In this document: one piece after another, positions 1-11,378 of the stretch
How positions within the stretch are numbered: position 1 is the first letter of the stretch
Layout: every line of letters starts with the position of its first letter
Source of the DNA: an uncultured Acidobacteriota bacterium
Lineage (GTDB): Bacteria > Actinomycetota > Acidimicrobiia > Spongiisociales > ZC4RG35
NCBI GenBank assembly: GCA_963828465.1
Contig: CAWHEU010000022.1
Span: 320,001 to 384,000 of the forward strand
Reading direction: 5' to 3'
DNA: 64,000 nucleotides
The notes under the pieces: generated by a model
Seen by the model: only the letters and a program-made list of their open reading frames with translations
The model's database searches: none
What the model was told of the DNA's origin: nothing
Program-made: the position numbers and the translations under genes

Positions 1-2
1 AC

Positions 3-668
3 CAGGTCTTTGCCCCGTCCTTCCCCACGCGGCCCCTCGTAACCACGGATCAGAGCGGCGGGAATCCCGTCCGCCTTTCCCATCACGAGATCGGCCGCTG
101 CGGCCAGCTCGTCGGCGACCGCGATCTCAGTGACCTCGAGCTCACGGCCCGCCCAGTCGCTGGTGCCCCTCAGATCGATCACGGCTTCGATGCCCGACAC
201 ACCGACAGCGACATCGGTGAGGCCCCGCCGCCACGGTCGTCCGAAGGTGTCCGAGATGACTACGGGGATGTCGATCCCGAACGAGCGATGGAGACGGGTT
301 CGAATCCGATTCGCAGATCGGTCCGGGTCCTCCGGGAGAAGGATCATGGTCCCGGGCTCGGCATTCGACCTGTCGACGCCGGCGTTGGCACAGATGAACC
401 CGTGCTTCGTCTCGGCGATTATCAGATCGCCCCGTCGCCTCACCACGGAGACGGCTTCGGATTCAACCAAAGCACGTCTGAATATCTCCTCGTCGCCTTC
501 GATCGTGACAACCCTTCCCTCTGCCTTGGAGACGATCTTGTGGGTGACGACCAACACGTCCCCGCCCTTCGGCGCCAAGGGCTGCAGAGCAGTGGTCAGG
601 ATCTCGGTGAGCTCGTCGCCCGGGTGAACGGGGCCGATCCCGGTCAGCGCAAAGATCTGAAGGGTCAC
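3..668 (-). CDS. cofE: Coenzyme F420-0:L-glutamate ligase (runs off the window edge)
   Basis: Manual translation from GTG at 668: VTLQIFALTGIGPVHPGDEL...VVTHKIVSKAEG...ICANAGVDRSN...ISDTFGRPWRRG...ADELAAAADLVMGK, which are CofE motifs; start overlaps the cofD stop (GTGA). Confidence 0.92.
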   Translation of the reverse strand, partial: MTLQIFALTGIGPVHPGDELTEILTTALQPLAPKGGDVLVVTHKIVSKAEGRVVTIEGDEEIFRRALVESEAVSVVRRRGDLIIAETKHGFICANAGVDRSNAEPGTMILLPEDPDRSANRIRTRLHRSFGIDIPVVISDTFGRPWRRGLTDVAVGVSGIEAVIDLRGTSDWAGRELEVTEIAVADELAAAADLVMGKADGIPAALIRGYEGPRGEGRGKDL

Positions 669-1576
669 AGGCTCAGTATTGCCCGGGCAAGACTGGCGGC
701 ACTGGCCAGGGCGGCGATATGGGTCTCCAGTGCCACGACGGTGACACCATCGATGTCCCCTGCATCGTCGCTATCCGTGTTGTCGACCACCAGCGTGTCA
801 ATCAGGCCCTGGTAGGAGGCGACTACGGCATTCGACCCGGATCCGAGACCCAGATCGGCCATCACGACATCGGCCGGCCCTTTCAGTGCGCGACCGCCGA
901 TCAGTGGGCTGACCGCGATCACATGAGGGTGCCGCCGGACGGCCTGCTCTATCGACTCGATTGCGAGGATCGGCCAGATCGACAGTGGGGGATTGGATGG
1001 CCCGATCACCAGGAGGTCGGCGCCGTCGATCGCCTCGATGACGCCGGGGGCGGCGGTGGCGTCCGCATCGCCTTCGAAATCCAGCTTCTTCACGTGGTCG
1101 CGGTGACGTCGATCTACGAAATACTCCCGGAAGGTGAGCCTGCTCCCGTCCGTCGTCGTGATCATTGTCCGAAGCTGGTCATCGGACGCAGGCAGCACCT
1201 TGGATCGAATCGCGAAGCCTTCGCGGACGGAGTCGGTCACCTCGGTCAAGGTGTGACCCTGGGCCAGGCGGTGGCTGCGATAGATCTTGAGAGCCAGGTC
1301 GAGATCGCCCAGTTGAAATTGGTTCTCGACACCGAATCGGGCCAGTTCGGTATTGGCAACGAAGGTGTCGTCGGCCCGCCCCCAGCCCTGCGGGCCTTCG
1401 ATTCCCGCCAGCGTGTAGACCATCGTGTCGAGGTCGGGTGACACATACAGTCCATGGATGGGGAGGTCGTCCCCGACATTCACCACAAGGGTGAGATCGA
1501 CATCCTCGAGCGAGTCGAGCCCGCGTCCGAGTCGGGCGCCACCCACCCCGCCGGAGAGCTCAACGACCCTGGTCAC
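665..1576 (-). CDS. cofD: 2-phospho-L-lactate transferase
   Basis: LSGGVGGA, VNVGDD, SPDLDT, GPSNP, VSPLIGG..KGPA motifs; adjacent to cofE. Confidence 0.95.
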   Translation of the reverse strand: MTRVVELSGGVGGARLGRGLDSLEDVDLTLVVNVGDDLPIHGLYVSPDLDTMVYTLAGIEGPQGWGRADDTFVANTELARFGVENQFQLGDLDLALKIYRSHRLAQGHTLTEVTDSVREGFAIRSKVLPASDDQLRTMITTTDGSRLTFREYFVDRRHRDHVKKLDFEGDADATAAPGVIEAIDGADLLVIGPSNPPLSIWPILAIESIEQAVRRHPHVIAVSPLIGGRALKGPADVVMADLGLGSGSNAVVASYQGLIDTLVVDNTDSDDAGDIDGVTVVALETHIAALASAASLARAILSL

Positions 1577-1626
1577 GACGTTCGATATTGCTCAGTGGCG
1601 CGCTCCGGTTCACAATGTCCTCCCGC

Positions 1627-4378
1627 ATGACAAGTGTTTCAGCACCGCAGATCGCGGACGAATCGACACCTCTGGTGCCACCGGACGCGCCCCGCGTGAA
1701 AGTGATCGTCACCCTGGTTGAGGGCGCCGACCTCGAGGCAGCCCTGGCCACCGTGGACCGGCAAGTGTATGAGGGCATTCACGACGTCGTGGTCATCACT
1801 GACGAGAATCGTGACGTGCCGGTTGGAGTGAGCCGGATGGCGACACTGGAGGAGGCCATCGCACTCACGGGAGCCGAGGTGGACTATCTCTGGATCCTGC
1901 ACTCCGACGCCAGGCCCCGGCCCGATGCTCTGGCGGCTCTGGTCTCGGAACTCGATCGGAACGAAGCGTCCCTCGGCGGGTCCAAGTTGCTCCTGGCTGG
2001 GACCCGGGACGAGTTGGAGTCGATCGGGAGCGCCACAGACGTGTTCGGCGACCCATTCACAGGTCTCGACGAAGGTGAGATCGATCTCCAGCAGTACGAC
2101 GTCGTGCGTGAGGTTGCCTTCGTGTCCTCGGTATCGATGCTCGTACGACGGGACCTCGCCCAGGGGCTGCGCGGCCTCGACGTCCTCCTCGAGCCGGTGG
2201 CTGCCGGGCTCGACTTCTCGCAGCGGGCCCGTCTTGCTGGAGGACGGGTGATCACCGTCCCTTCGTCGGAGGTCTATCACCAGGCCCGATGTGAGGAGAG
2301 AGCAGGCGGATGGCGGGAGGAAGCCGGCCGTTTGCGGGCCATGCTCAAGGCATATCGCCCGATCACTCTGCTCTGGGTCGTCCCCTTCGAGATCCTCGTT
2401 TCGGTTGTCGACTCGCTGGCCAACCTGATCCTTTTCCGCTGGAGGGTGGGCGCGCGCCACCTGATGTCCTGGCTTTGGAATCTCAGGCATCTGCCTTCGA
2501 CGATCGGCGAGCGCCGGCGCTTCCGGCAGGTTCGGGCCGTTGGTGACGAGGAGCTTTTCAGGTTCCAGTCGAGGGGCTCGGTACGACTGCGAGAGGTCGG
2601 TTCTGAGATCACCGATCGTGTGCTCTCCGTCTTCGACGACGACCAGGCCCTTGCCCGCGGGACCAGGAGGATCTGGTCGAGCCCCGGCATCTGGGGCGCC
2701 CTCTTCGCCGCTGCCGTCGTCCTGATCGCTTCGTGGTCGATCTTCTTCAATGGGGTTCCCAACGCCGGCTTCAACTTCCCATTCGAGCCTCCGACAGTGG
2801 CCCTCGACCGCTTCTTCGCCGGATGGAACGACTCCAGTCTGGGCTCGCCTGATGCGGTGCACCCCGCCTCCGGGTTCAGCGGGCTGATCTCCCTGGTCTG
2901 GTTCGGCGCAGAGGGTGCCGCTCGGACCATCGCCACCATCCTCTTTGCCGTTTTGGCCGTCCTGGGCATGGGCCGGCTGGCTGGTCGTCTCGGATTCAGG
3001 GGACCGGGTCGCTATCTCGCCGGCCTCGTGCTCCTCGCCGGCCCGGGAACGGCGCTCATCGTCGGAGCCGGATCCTGGCTCGCCCTGGGTGCGGCCGCCT
3101 TGTTGCCCTGGGCGGTTCGCTCCGTGGTCCTCCACCCCGACGACCGCGGGAGGAGTTGGTTGACCCATATCGGCTGGGTCCTGGTCTGGACGATCCTGCT
3201 CATGGCCGTCTCGCCCGTGCTCGGCGTCGTTCCGATCATCGCCGCGGTCCTGTGGCGCCTGTTGGGTGGGAGTCGGTCCTCCCTTCGCCTCGGCCTGGTC
3301 ACGCTCCTGGCCGGGGTCGTGGCTGTGGGATTCGTGTACGACGACCAGGGGTGGCTGCTCGATTTCGATCGTCGGCTGCGTCTGATCATCCCCGATTGGT
3401 GGCCGGTCCTCATCGCCCTCACCGCAATCCCACTGATGCTGATCGCCGGCCGCACCCGTCGGTTCGGCCTCTTCGGAGCCCTCATCGGCCTCGGCGGCAT
3501 GTTTGCCGTGAGGGTGCCGTTGGGGGGGACCCGGCATCGAAGAAGCGGGCCTGGTCCTGGCTTCGTTCGGCTCGGCCTTGCTGGTTGCCGCCGCTCTCGA
3601 CCGGCTCAGCATCGAACCCCGTCGACTCCTGGCGTCGATGGGCGCTGCTGTCATGATCCTCCTCTCGGCGGCAGGGTTGATGAATGGGCGTCTCGGTTTG
3701 CCCGCTGGTGACATCAACGACCGGTTCGGTTTTGCCTCGACGCTGGCAGAGCAGGGGAATCCAGGGCGCGTGTTGGTGATCTCGGCCGATCGCGGGCTGA
3801 TCCCTGGCGAGGCGCGGCCCGGGCCGGGCATCTGGTACCGGACACTGGACGGTCAGGGAACAACTCTCGATGAGGTTTGGCTGCCCGAGCCGCAGCCGGG
3901 TGACGACCGCCTCGCCGATGTGATCGACCGCATCGCAAGTGGTGCGGATCTCCGGCCCGGGGCGCTCCTGGCCGAATTCGCCATCGATTGGGTTGTGGTC
4001 GAGGGCACCGAGACCCCGTTGGACCCGATTCTCGACTCCCAGGTGGACCTCACCCCGACCCCGCTGATCACCGGGGCCAAGGTGTTCGAGAACCCCCAGT
4101 CTGCCGAAATGGCGGCTGTCGACGAAGACCTGGTCTGGCATCGGGAAGGAACTGGCTTCGCGGGCGCTCCCTCGTCGGACCCTCTCTCGATACGGGTCAA
4201 CTACTCGGATGGATGGGCACCGCAACCAGGGCAGAGCGACTGGTTCACTGCCGTGTCTGCGGTGGACGGGCAGGCGAGCTTCTCGGCCTCGGGATACCTG
4301 TCCTACGCTCCCTACGCCGCCGCACTGCTCTTCGTTTTGGCAATTGGCCTCGTTTCCTGGGGAAGGGCGCGACGATGA
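1627..4378 (+). CDS. Large membrane GT2-family glycosyltransferase (apparent +1 frameshift at G7 run 3522-3528)
   Basis: N-terminal GT2 domain (WILHSDARP) followed by many TM segments; ORFs 1588..3711 and 3578..4378 join (VPLGGPGIEEAGLVLASFG) if one G is removed; usual neighbour of cofD and DUF5719. Confidence 0.8.
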
Positions 4379-5667
4379 TGAAGGCTCTTCTCGCCATCCT
4401 GGTTGCGGCCCTAACCGTCGGCGTTTTGCTGATCCCGAGACCCGAGCCGCCTCAGGCCGACGAAGTTGCTGCCGTCAACGCGCCGGCCGTTGCCGTGTGC
4501 CCGGTGGAGGAGGGGAGTGGTCGGACCACGACCATCGGGGTGGCATCCGGGGTCAACGGCGAGGGCCGCTTCACCGCCTTCGCCGCCGGCGTGCCGGCGG
4601 GCTCGGTCACGTTCTCGACCGGAGAGTCTGGCTCGGCTGCGATTCCTATTGCCGAGGTTGCCCCGCTGGGCACGGGGGCCGGTCTCGCCGAATTGCCGGG
4701 GCAGGACGTGGCTGCGGCATCTGTCTTCGTGGGGGCCCAAACGGCCGCCGTCGAGGGCTGTCTCCGCACACCCACACAGCAATCGTTGCTCGCCGGCGGA
4801 TCCACGGTGAGCGGCGAGAGATTCCAGGTACAGCTGATGAACCCGTATGCGGGTGAGGCGATTGTGGATCTGATCGTCCAGTCGGAGTCCGGTCTCGAGG
4901 CCGCTCCGCAGCTGCGAGGGATTTTGGTGCCGTCACGCTCATCCGTAGTGATCGACCTCGCCGAGCTCTTGCCCGGAAGACAGTCACTTTCCATTGCCAT
5001 CGAGGTGGCGAGTGGAAATGTCATGACGGTCGGCCGCTTCGATGCCGGCGCAGACGGCGCTCTCTGGCATTCGGTGGCGCCGGCGTCCGATTGGTACGTG
5101 CCGGTGCCAGGTGGGGGTCTCGAAGGCGAACTCATCGTCTCGACGGGTGTCGCCGCCGAGATGACATTTCAGGTCGATGTCTATGGGGCGCAAGGCGTGA
5201 TCGAGGGGTTCCGGGAGGGCGTCGTGCCGAGCAGGGGAGCGACGAGCGTGCCGCTTGCCGATATGGAGCTCCAGGGTGCGTCTGCATTCAGGGTGATCAC
5301 GACTCAGCCGGCGGCGGTCTTCCTGCGAGATATTTCCGATGCGGGCGTGGCGATCACAAGTGGAGCGACGACGACGGCGTCGACATGGCTCCTCCCCGGT
5401 GCCGGATTGGCTCCCGGCGGGAGGGGTAGCGCTGTCATCCTCAATGCGGGACTCGAGGAGGCTTCCGTCGTCCTCACGGCTCGACGAGCGCAGTCTGCCA
5501 CTAAGGAACTGACCGTCCCGGCCGGAACCGTCGTCCAGGTGCAGGCGGTCGAGGGTCGCGCCAGCGCCTACACGGTCGAGGGATCCGGCGACCTGGTGGC
5601 GCTGTGGGTGACGAATACCGACACCGGCAAAGCTGAGAGCATCGGCGTGCCGATCATCGATGAATGA
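4375..5667 (+). CDS. DUF5719-like secreted/membrane-anchored protein
   Basis: N-terminal hydrophobic segment; LAGGST...LMNPYAGEAIVD pattern; conserved position downstream of the GT2 gene in actinobacteria. Confidence 0.7.
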   Translation: MMKALLAILVAALTVGVLLIPRPEPPQADEVAAVNAPAVAVCPVEEGSGRTTTIGVASGVNGEGRFTAFAAGVPAGSVTFSTGESGSAAIPIAEVAPLGTGAGLAELPGQDVAAASVFVGAQTAAVEGCLRTPTQQSLLAGGSTVSGERFQVQLMNPYAGEAIVDLIVQSESGLEAAPQLRGILVPSRSSVVIDLAELLPGRQSLSIAIEVASGNVMTVGRFDAGADGALWHSVAPASDWYVPVPGGGLEGELIVSTGVAAEMTFQVDVYGAQGVIEGFREGVVPSRGATSVPLADMELQGASAFRVITTQPAAVFLRDISDAGVAITSGATTTASTWLLPGAGLAPGGRGSAVILNAGLEEASVVLTARRAQSATKELTVPAGTVVQVQAVEGRASAYTVEGSGDLVALWVTNTDTGKAESIGVPIIDE

Positions 5668-6019
5668 GGTCTGGCTCCGGCTGGCGATCGTCATTGCGGC
5701 CGTTGCCGTCTCCCTCCTGATCGTTGCAATGCTGCGACGTCGGCCGGCGGCCTCGGGCAGCCGCGATGGTGGTGCGCTCGCCCCCGGCGTCTACCTCTTT
5801 ACGTCCTCAACGTGCATCGACTGCATCGGGGCTCGGGAGCGCCTGGAGGACATGCTGGGCAGCGCCGGATACATCGAGATCGGGTGGGAGGACGACCCCG
5901 GTTTGTTCACACATTTGGGCATCGATGCCGTGCCTTGCACCGTCGTCGTCGGCGATGACGGCTCTGCCTCGCTCTACCTGGGCATGCCCGACGGGGCGCT
6001 CGGGGGCTTGAATCCTTGA
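5660..6019 (+). CDS. Membrane-anchored thioredoxin-like protein
   Basis: N-terminal TM helix, FTSSTCIDC (CxxC), GIDAVP cis-Pro motif. Confidence 0.7.
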   Translation: MNEVWLRLAIVIAAVAVSLLIVAMLRRRPAASGSRDGGALAPGVYLFTSSTCIDCIGARERLEDMLGSAGYIEIGWEDDPGLFTHLGIDAVPCTVVVGDDGSASLYLGMPDGALGGLNP

Positions 6020-6051
6020 ACAGGGAAGGCCCAACACCTACCGTTTCCGGC

Positions 6052-6273
6052 ATGATTCTCAGTTGTGCCCGTTGTGGCTCGCCGGCTGCCGCCGTTATGA
6101 CCTTCTCCTACCCGGACAGTTCGGTCTGGATGGACGACCTCGTCAACGGCGTCGAGCGACGCGGGTACGCCATGTGTGCCGATCATGCCGATCGCATGAT
6201 CCCCCCTCTCGGGTGGACGTTGACCGACCGTCGGACCGTCACCCGGCTGTTCGCCCCGCTTTCCGTGGCCTGA
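6052..6273 (+). CDS. DUF3499-family small Cys-rich protein
   Basis: CARCGSPAAAVMTFSY...MCADHADRMIPPLGW; TACCGT -10 box 7 nt before the ATG. Confidence 0.8.
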   Translation: MILSCARCGSPAAAVMTFSYPDSSVWMDDLVNGVERRGYAMCADHADRMIPPLGWTLTDRRTVTRLFAPLSVA

Positions 6274-6551
6274 TGTCCCTCGACCGCGATCTGCTCGATG
6301 CGGTCAAGGATCTCGACGAGCACGATCTTCGTCGGCTGCTCATCCTGACCCGAGCCCAGCTTCAGGGCTCAGGTGCCCTCGGGGCGGATGACCACCCCGA
6401 AGTGCATCTACGGCAGCAGGCGGTGCGATGCGGGAAGTCGGGTTGCACCCGTTGTCCGCACGGCCCTTACTGGTACGCCTATTGGACCGAGAACGGGCGG
6501 AGGCGGAGCCGCTATGTGGGCCGTCTCCTGGACGAGGAGGCGTTGTTGTAG
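6273..6551 (+). CDS. Small protein with CGKxxCxxCPHGPYWY motif (DUF6788-like)
   Basis: RCGKSGCTRCPHGPYWYAYWTENGRRRSRYVG; ATG overlaps the upstream stop (TGATG). Confidence 0.7.
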   Translation: MSLDRDLLDAVKDLDEHDLRRLLILTRAQLQGSGALGADDHPEVHLRQQAVRCGKSGCTRCPHGPYWYAYWTENGRRRSRYVGRLLDEEALL

Positions 6552-6596
6552 GGCCTCGACGGTCGTACCATGTGCCCACCCCAGTTTCGAGACGAG

Positions 6597-6773
6597 ATGA
6601 ACTGTCCACAGTGCTCAAAACCTGATGTGATCGAGATCGAGCACGTCCTCCCCGACGGGACCCAGGTCCTGTTCTTCGCATGTCACAACTGCGAGGAGAG
6701 GTGGTGGAATCGGGATGGCGAGGACATCGACATCTCGCAAGTTCTGGAGATCGTCCGACAGCATCGCGCGTGA
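6597..6773 (+). CDS. Small zinc-ribbon protein
   Basis: MNCPQC...FFACHNCEERWW, two CxxC pairs. Confidence 0.65.
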   Translation: MNCPQCSKPDVIEIEHVLPDGTQVLFFACHNCEERWWNRDGEDIDISQVLEIVRQHRA

Positions 6774-9110
6774 CAACTCCACGGTCTCTTCTGCGGGGCA
6801 ATCCCTGGCCGATCGTCCTCACCCTCGCCGGCATCTCCCTCGTCATCCTCGTGGTGATGAACCCGTGGTGGATCGTGTCGTCCACGACTCCGACCGGCGG
6901 CGATATGGGGGCTCACGTCCTTGGTCCCGCATTCCTGAGAGACAGCCTCCTACCTGAAGGCAGGATCCAGGGGTGGTCCAACGATTGGTTCGCCGGCTTT
7001 CCGGCCTTCTACTTCTACTTTCCCCTGCCCTCATTGACCATTGTCTTCCTGGACCTGTTCCTGCCCTACGGCGTCGCCTTCAAAGTCGTCACCGTCATGG
7101 GTCTCCTGGCCACACCACCGGCCGCCTACTACCTGGCCCGCTCCATGCGGCTCGGGAAGCACATCTCCCTGGTGGCGGCAGGCGCGGGGGTCGTGTTCGC
7201 CTTTTTCGAGAGCTATTCCATCTACGGGGGCAACATTGCCTCGACTCTCGCCGGCGAGTTTGCCTACTCCTGGTCCTTCGCCCTATCTCTGCTCTATCTC
7301 GGCTTGCTCATCCGGGCGGTCCGAGACGATCGGAGATATCTCAAGTGGGCGGCTGTCGCCCTGGCCGCCACCGCGCCTATCCCATGTCCTGACGACGATC
7401 GTCGTCATCTTCGCCTCGCTCTTCGTCCTGCCCTGGCGGAAGGGCTTCTGGCGCACTCTCGCCATCTGGCTCTGGGGATTCGCCATCGCCGCCTTCTGGG
7501 CCCTGCCGCTCATCGCTCGCATCGGGTTCAGCTCGGACATGTCATGGACTCCGCTGTCCCGGTGGGAGGAGATCTTCCCGGTCGAGTTGTGGCTCCTGCT
7601 CCCACTGGCCATCCCGGGGGCAGTCTGGATCAGCCGTCGCACTTCGCGGGCCGCGCCCTTGCTGGCAGCGACGATCCTGCCCGTCCTCTACTTCCCGCTC
7701 CCTCACATCATGCCCGAGCTCTTCCCGACCGTGTTCGGCGGGGAGCGTTGGAAGCTGTGGAACGGCCGCCTTCTCCCTTATTGGTATTTCGGAGTCGCCT
7801 TCTTCGCCGCTGTCGGCGTCGGGGCGGCGATCGTCTGGCTGTCGAGACGATTGCCCTCCCGGATCTCGGCGTATTGGCCGCGGGCATTGATTGCCGTCAT
7901 CACGGTGGTTGCCTGCTCGTTGGTCATCGATTCGACCGAGTTCCCGGCATGGGTGGCGATCCCGGTCGGCGTGGCCGGGGCTCTGATCATCGGGCTCACG
8001 TTCTTATGGGGGTCGAACCTCTCCACCCGCACGTTCCTCACCGGGGCCACGGTTTCCATCGTGGTTCTTGGCGCCCTCACCGGTGTGACCTTTGTCGACG
8101 GGTGGGCCAAATGGAACTACGCAGGGTACGAGAACAAGGACAAGTGGCCCGAGTACGAGGCGCTCATGGCCGAGATCGACACCCTTCCGGAGGGAAGAGT
8201 CCATTGGGAGGCTGCAAACAAGGAGCTCGGTGTCTATGGGACACCCATGTCCCCGATGCTGATCCCGTACTGGACCGAAGGCTCCCACCCCTCGATGGAG
8301 GGGCTCTTCTTCGAGTCTTCGCTGACCACCCCGTTCCATTTCATCAACTCGTCCGAGATGTCGGAGCGTCCGTCGAACCCGATACCGGGTTTGCAGTACC
8401 ACACGGGTGAGATGGAACGCGGGCTCAAGCACCTCGAGCTGTTCGGCGTCGACTACTACGTGTCGGTGACGCCTGAGGCCACGGAGCGCGCTGACGGGAT
8501 CTCGGAGATGTCGAAGCTGGCCACGACCGGGCCGTTCAGCATCTACCAGCTCCCCGAGACGGAGTTGGTCGAGGTGGCGTCGCACCTTCCGTCGGTCTAC
8601 GAGGTCCCGGAGCACGGCCTGCTCGACTCGCTGACGGGCTCAGATACAGTCACCGGATCGGATGGCGAGGAGCTGCCGAGCTTCTTCGACATGGCTCTCA
8701 CCTGGTACGAGGACGTCGACAATCTCGACAGATTGGTTGTGACCGACGGCCCCGTGGAATGGCCTCGCATCGAGTCCGTCGATGAGAGACCCGATGTCGC
8801 GCTGAATGCTCCGGCGGATGCGGTCAGCGACATCGTCGTCGAGAACCACAAGATCTCGTTCACTACCACTGCGGTGGGTATGCCTCACCTGGTCAAGGTT
8901 TCCTATTTCCCGAACTGGACCGCGACCGGTGCCGATGGCCCCTGGCGAGCGACGCCGTCTCTGATGGTGGTCGTGCCCACCAGCGAGCAGGTCGTTCTCG
9001 AGTTCCAGGACACGTGGGCTGAGACCGGAGGGAAGATCACCACCCTGGTCGGGGTCTTGGGTCTAGTCGGTGTCGGGATCTGGGGCGTGCGCCGCCGCCA
9101 GGCGTCGTGA
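6770..9110 (+). CDS. Polytopic membrane protein, PTPS-related/YfhO-like putative GT-C glycosyltransferase (apparent +1 frameshift near 7376)
   Basis: PTGGDMGAH, GWSNDWFAGFPAFYFYFPLP, GGNIASTLAGEF, KVSYFPNW; ORFs 6680..8410 and 7041..9110 join (ATALSHVLTT) on removing one C. Confidence 0.75.
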
Positions 9111-9800
9111 CTCGTCGGCCAGCGTCCGGCGAATGCGCAGCAACCCGTTGATCGTTCTCGGCACCCGCTTCACCAGCGAGGAACGCGCCACCCTCATCTC
9201 CTCGACAACGACCGGCACCTCCTCGATCCGATAGCCGGCCCGCTCAGCCCGGATCACCAACTCGGTATCGAAGAGGTCCTGACGACTGAGAACCGACGGG
9301 GTGACCGTGGCGACGAGATCACGACGGAAGGCCTTCATGCCGTGGGTGTCGCTCACCTTCGAGTCGAGGATGGTGCGCAACAACAGGTTGAAGACCCAGG
9401 TGGCAATCCTTCTGAGCAGTGGTCGCCTGTCCTCCGATCCGGGATCGCGCTTCGAGGCGATGACCAGGTCGACGTCGTCCAAGGCGAGAACTCGCTTCAG
9501 AAAGTCGGCCGAGAAGTAATCGATGTCGAAGTTGACTACCCAGTCGCCGTCGCCAGCGAGGAACCCATGCCGCATGGCCGCCCCGTAGTCGGGGACGTCG
9601 AGGGACAACACCGTCACCGGGTGATTTTCGGCGACCTGTTGAGCCACGGATGCGGTCCCGTCGGTCGAGCCGTTCTCGACGAGGAAGATCCGGTACGGCT
9701 CGCCGATGCTCTCCATCTGCTCGATGAGCGTCGGAACGGCTTCCGGGATGAATTCGGCCTCGTTGTACACGGGGACCACTATCGAGAAGGTGGGGCGCAT
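9063..9800 (-). CDS. GT2 glycosyltransferase, polyprenol-phosphate glycosyltransferase-like
   Basis: SIVVPVYNEA, VENGSTDGT, FDID (DxD), DTHGMKAFRR, FDTEL motifs. Confidence 0.85.
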   Translation of the reverse strand: MRPTFSIVVPVYNEAEFIPEAVPTLIEQMESIGEPYRIFLVENGSTDGTASVAQQVAENHPVTVLSLDVPDYGAAMRHGFLAGDGDWVVNFDIDYFSADFLKRVLALDDVDLVIASKRDPGSEDRRPLLRRIATWVFNLLLRTILDSKVSDTHGMKAFRRDLVATVTPSVLSRQDLFDTELVIRAERAGYRIEEVPVVVEEMRVARSSLVKRVPRTINGLLRIRRTLADESRRLAAAHAPDPDTD

Positions 9801-9858
9801 CCGGGTCGCAAGTGTAGAAATGAGCATGGGATAGGCCCACCTCTAGACTCCGCCGCCG

Positions 9859-11202
9859 ATGAGCCCCGATTCCGTGTTCAAGGCCTATGACGTGCGCGGG
9901 CGCACGGACAACGGCGAAATCACGCCGGATCTGTACCGGAAGATCGGTGGAGCGTTCCTTCTACTGGTCGAGGCCGACGAGGTGGCGGTGGGTCGGGACT
10001 GCCGCAAGTCGTCAGATCCGTTGTTCGAGGCGCTGGTGGAGGGGCTCACAGCCGCCGGCGCCAACGTCGTCGACCTGGGGCAGGTGCCGACCGATCTGGT
10101 CTATTTCTACTCGGGCAAGCACTCGGTCCCGGGTGCGATGATCACCGCATCCCACAACCCTCCCGAATACAACGGGTTGAAGCTTTGCCGGGCCGGAGCG
10201 GCTCCCGTGGGCGCGGATACGGGGCTGGATGACATCAAGAAGGCGGTGATCGAGGGCGAGACACGTCAGTCTGCATCTCCCGGCACGATTCGCACCGTGG
10301 ACGCCGTCGACGACTACATCGATCACCTCCTCGACATAGTCGATGGGTCAACGATCGGCCCGTTGCAGGTGGCCGTCGACGCCGGGAACGGGATGGCTGG
10401 GGTGACCATCGAGAAAGTCTTCGCCCGTGTCGAGGCCACGCTGGACGGCATCTACCTGGAGCCCGACGGCACCTTTCCCAACCATCCGGCGGACCCCATT
10501 CAGCCCGAGAATCTGCGTGATCTGATCGAGAAGGTGGCCGACGGTGGGCACGACATTGGTGTCGCCTTCGACGGTGACGCCGATCGCGCCTTCTTCATCG
10601 ACGACAAGGCCGAGGCAGTGAGCGGGAGCACCGTCACCGCGCTCATCGCCCGGTGGATGCTCGAACGACACCCTGGTGCCTCGATCATCCACAACCTGAT
10701 CACCTCTCGCGCCGTCCCGGAGACGATCAGAGCCGCCGGGGGGACTCCGATTCGAACCAGGGTCGGTCATAGCTACATCAAGCAGGTCATGGCGGAGTCG
10801 GGCGCTGTCTTCGGAGGTGAGCACAGCGGCCACTACTACTTTGCCGACAACTTCCGGGCGGACTCGGGGATGCTGGCAATGCTGATCCTCCTGCGCGTGA
10901 TCTCAGAAGCCGGTCGACCTCTGTCGGTCCTCCGTCGCGACGTGGAGCCATATCGGGCATCAGGGGAGATCAATTTTGTCGTCTCCGACGTCGATGTGGC
11001 CATGAAACGTGTGGAGGCGATGTATCCCGACGCCGGCGTGGACCACATCGACGGGATGACGATCGATCTGGGGGACGTTTGGTTCAATCTGCGGCCGTCG
11101 AACACCGAGCCGCTGTTGAGACTGAATGCCGAATCTGCCGACGATCGTGCCCTGAAAGCGACGGTGGACCAGTTGGTAGCCACCCTCGAGGAGGAGAAAT
11201 GA
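9859..11202 (+). CDS. manB: Phosphomannomutase/phosphoglucomutase
   Basis: FKAYDVRG, TASHNP, FDGDADR, GGEHSGH, RPSNTEP. Confidence 0.92.
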   Translation: MSPDSVFKAYDVRGRTDNGEITPDLYRKIGGAFLLLVEADEVAVGRDCRKSSDPLFEALVEGLTAAGANVVDLGQVPTDLVYFYSGKHSVPGAMITASHNPPEYNGLKLCRAGAAPVGADTGLDDIKKAVIEGETRQSASPGTIRTVDAVDDYIDHLLDIVDGSTIGPLQVAVDAGNGMAGVTIEKVFARVEATLDGIYLEPDGTFPNHPADPIQPENLRDLIEKVADGGHDIGVAFDGDADRAFFIDDKAEAVSGSTVTALIARWMLERHPGASIIHNLITSRAVPETIRAAGGTPIRTRVGHSYIKQVMAESGAVFGGEHSGHYYFADNFRADSGMLAMLILLRVISEAGRPLSVLRRDVEPYRASGEINFVVSDVDVAMKRVEAMYPDAGVDHIDGMTIDLGDVWFNLRPSNTEPLLRLNAESADDRALKATVDQLVATLEEEK

Positions 11203-11378
11203 GCCTGATCGATCCGCAGCTGGCCGCCATTCTGGTTTGCCCTGTCGACAAGGCTGACCTCACAGAGGATGAGGCGGCCTCCCGGTTGGTCTGCTCGGAA
11301 TGTGGCCGCAGGTATCCCGTCCGGGATGGGATACCTGTGATGCTGGTAGAGGAAGCAGAAGGTGGCCCCGATGAGTGA
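11199..11378 (+). CDS. Trm112-family protein
   Basis: LAAILVCPVDKADL...CSECGRRYPVRDGIPVML; SD GAGGAG upstream. Confidence 0.88.
   Translation: MSLIDPQLAAILVCPVDKADLTEDEAASRLVCSECGRRYPVRDGIPVMLVEEAEGGPDE

Noticed and set aside
1639-3831. Long antisense and alternate-frame ORFs (e.g. 1639..3831, 58499..60061, 60370..61626)
   Set aside because: Shadow ORFs expected in high-GC DNA opposite well-supported genes; no recognisable motifs.
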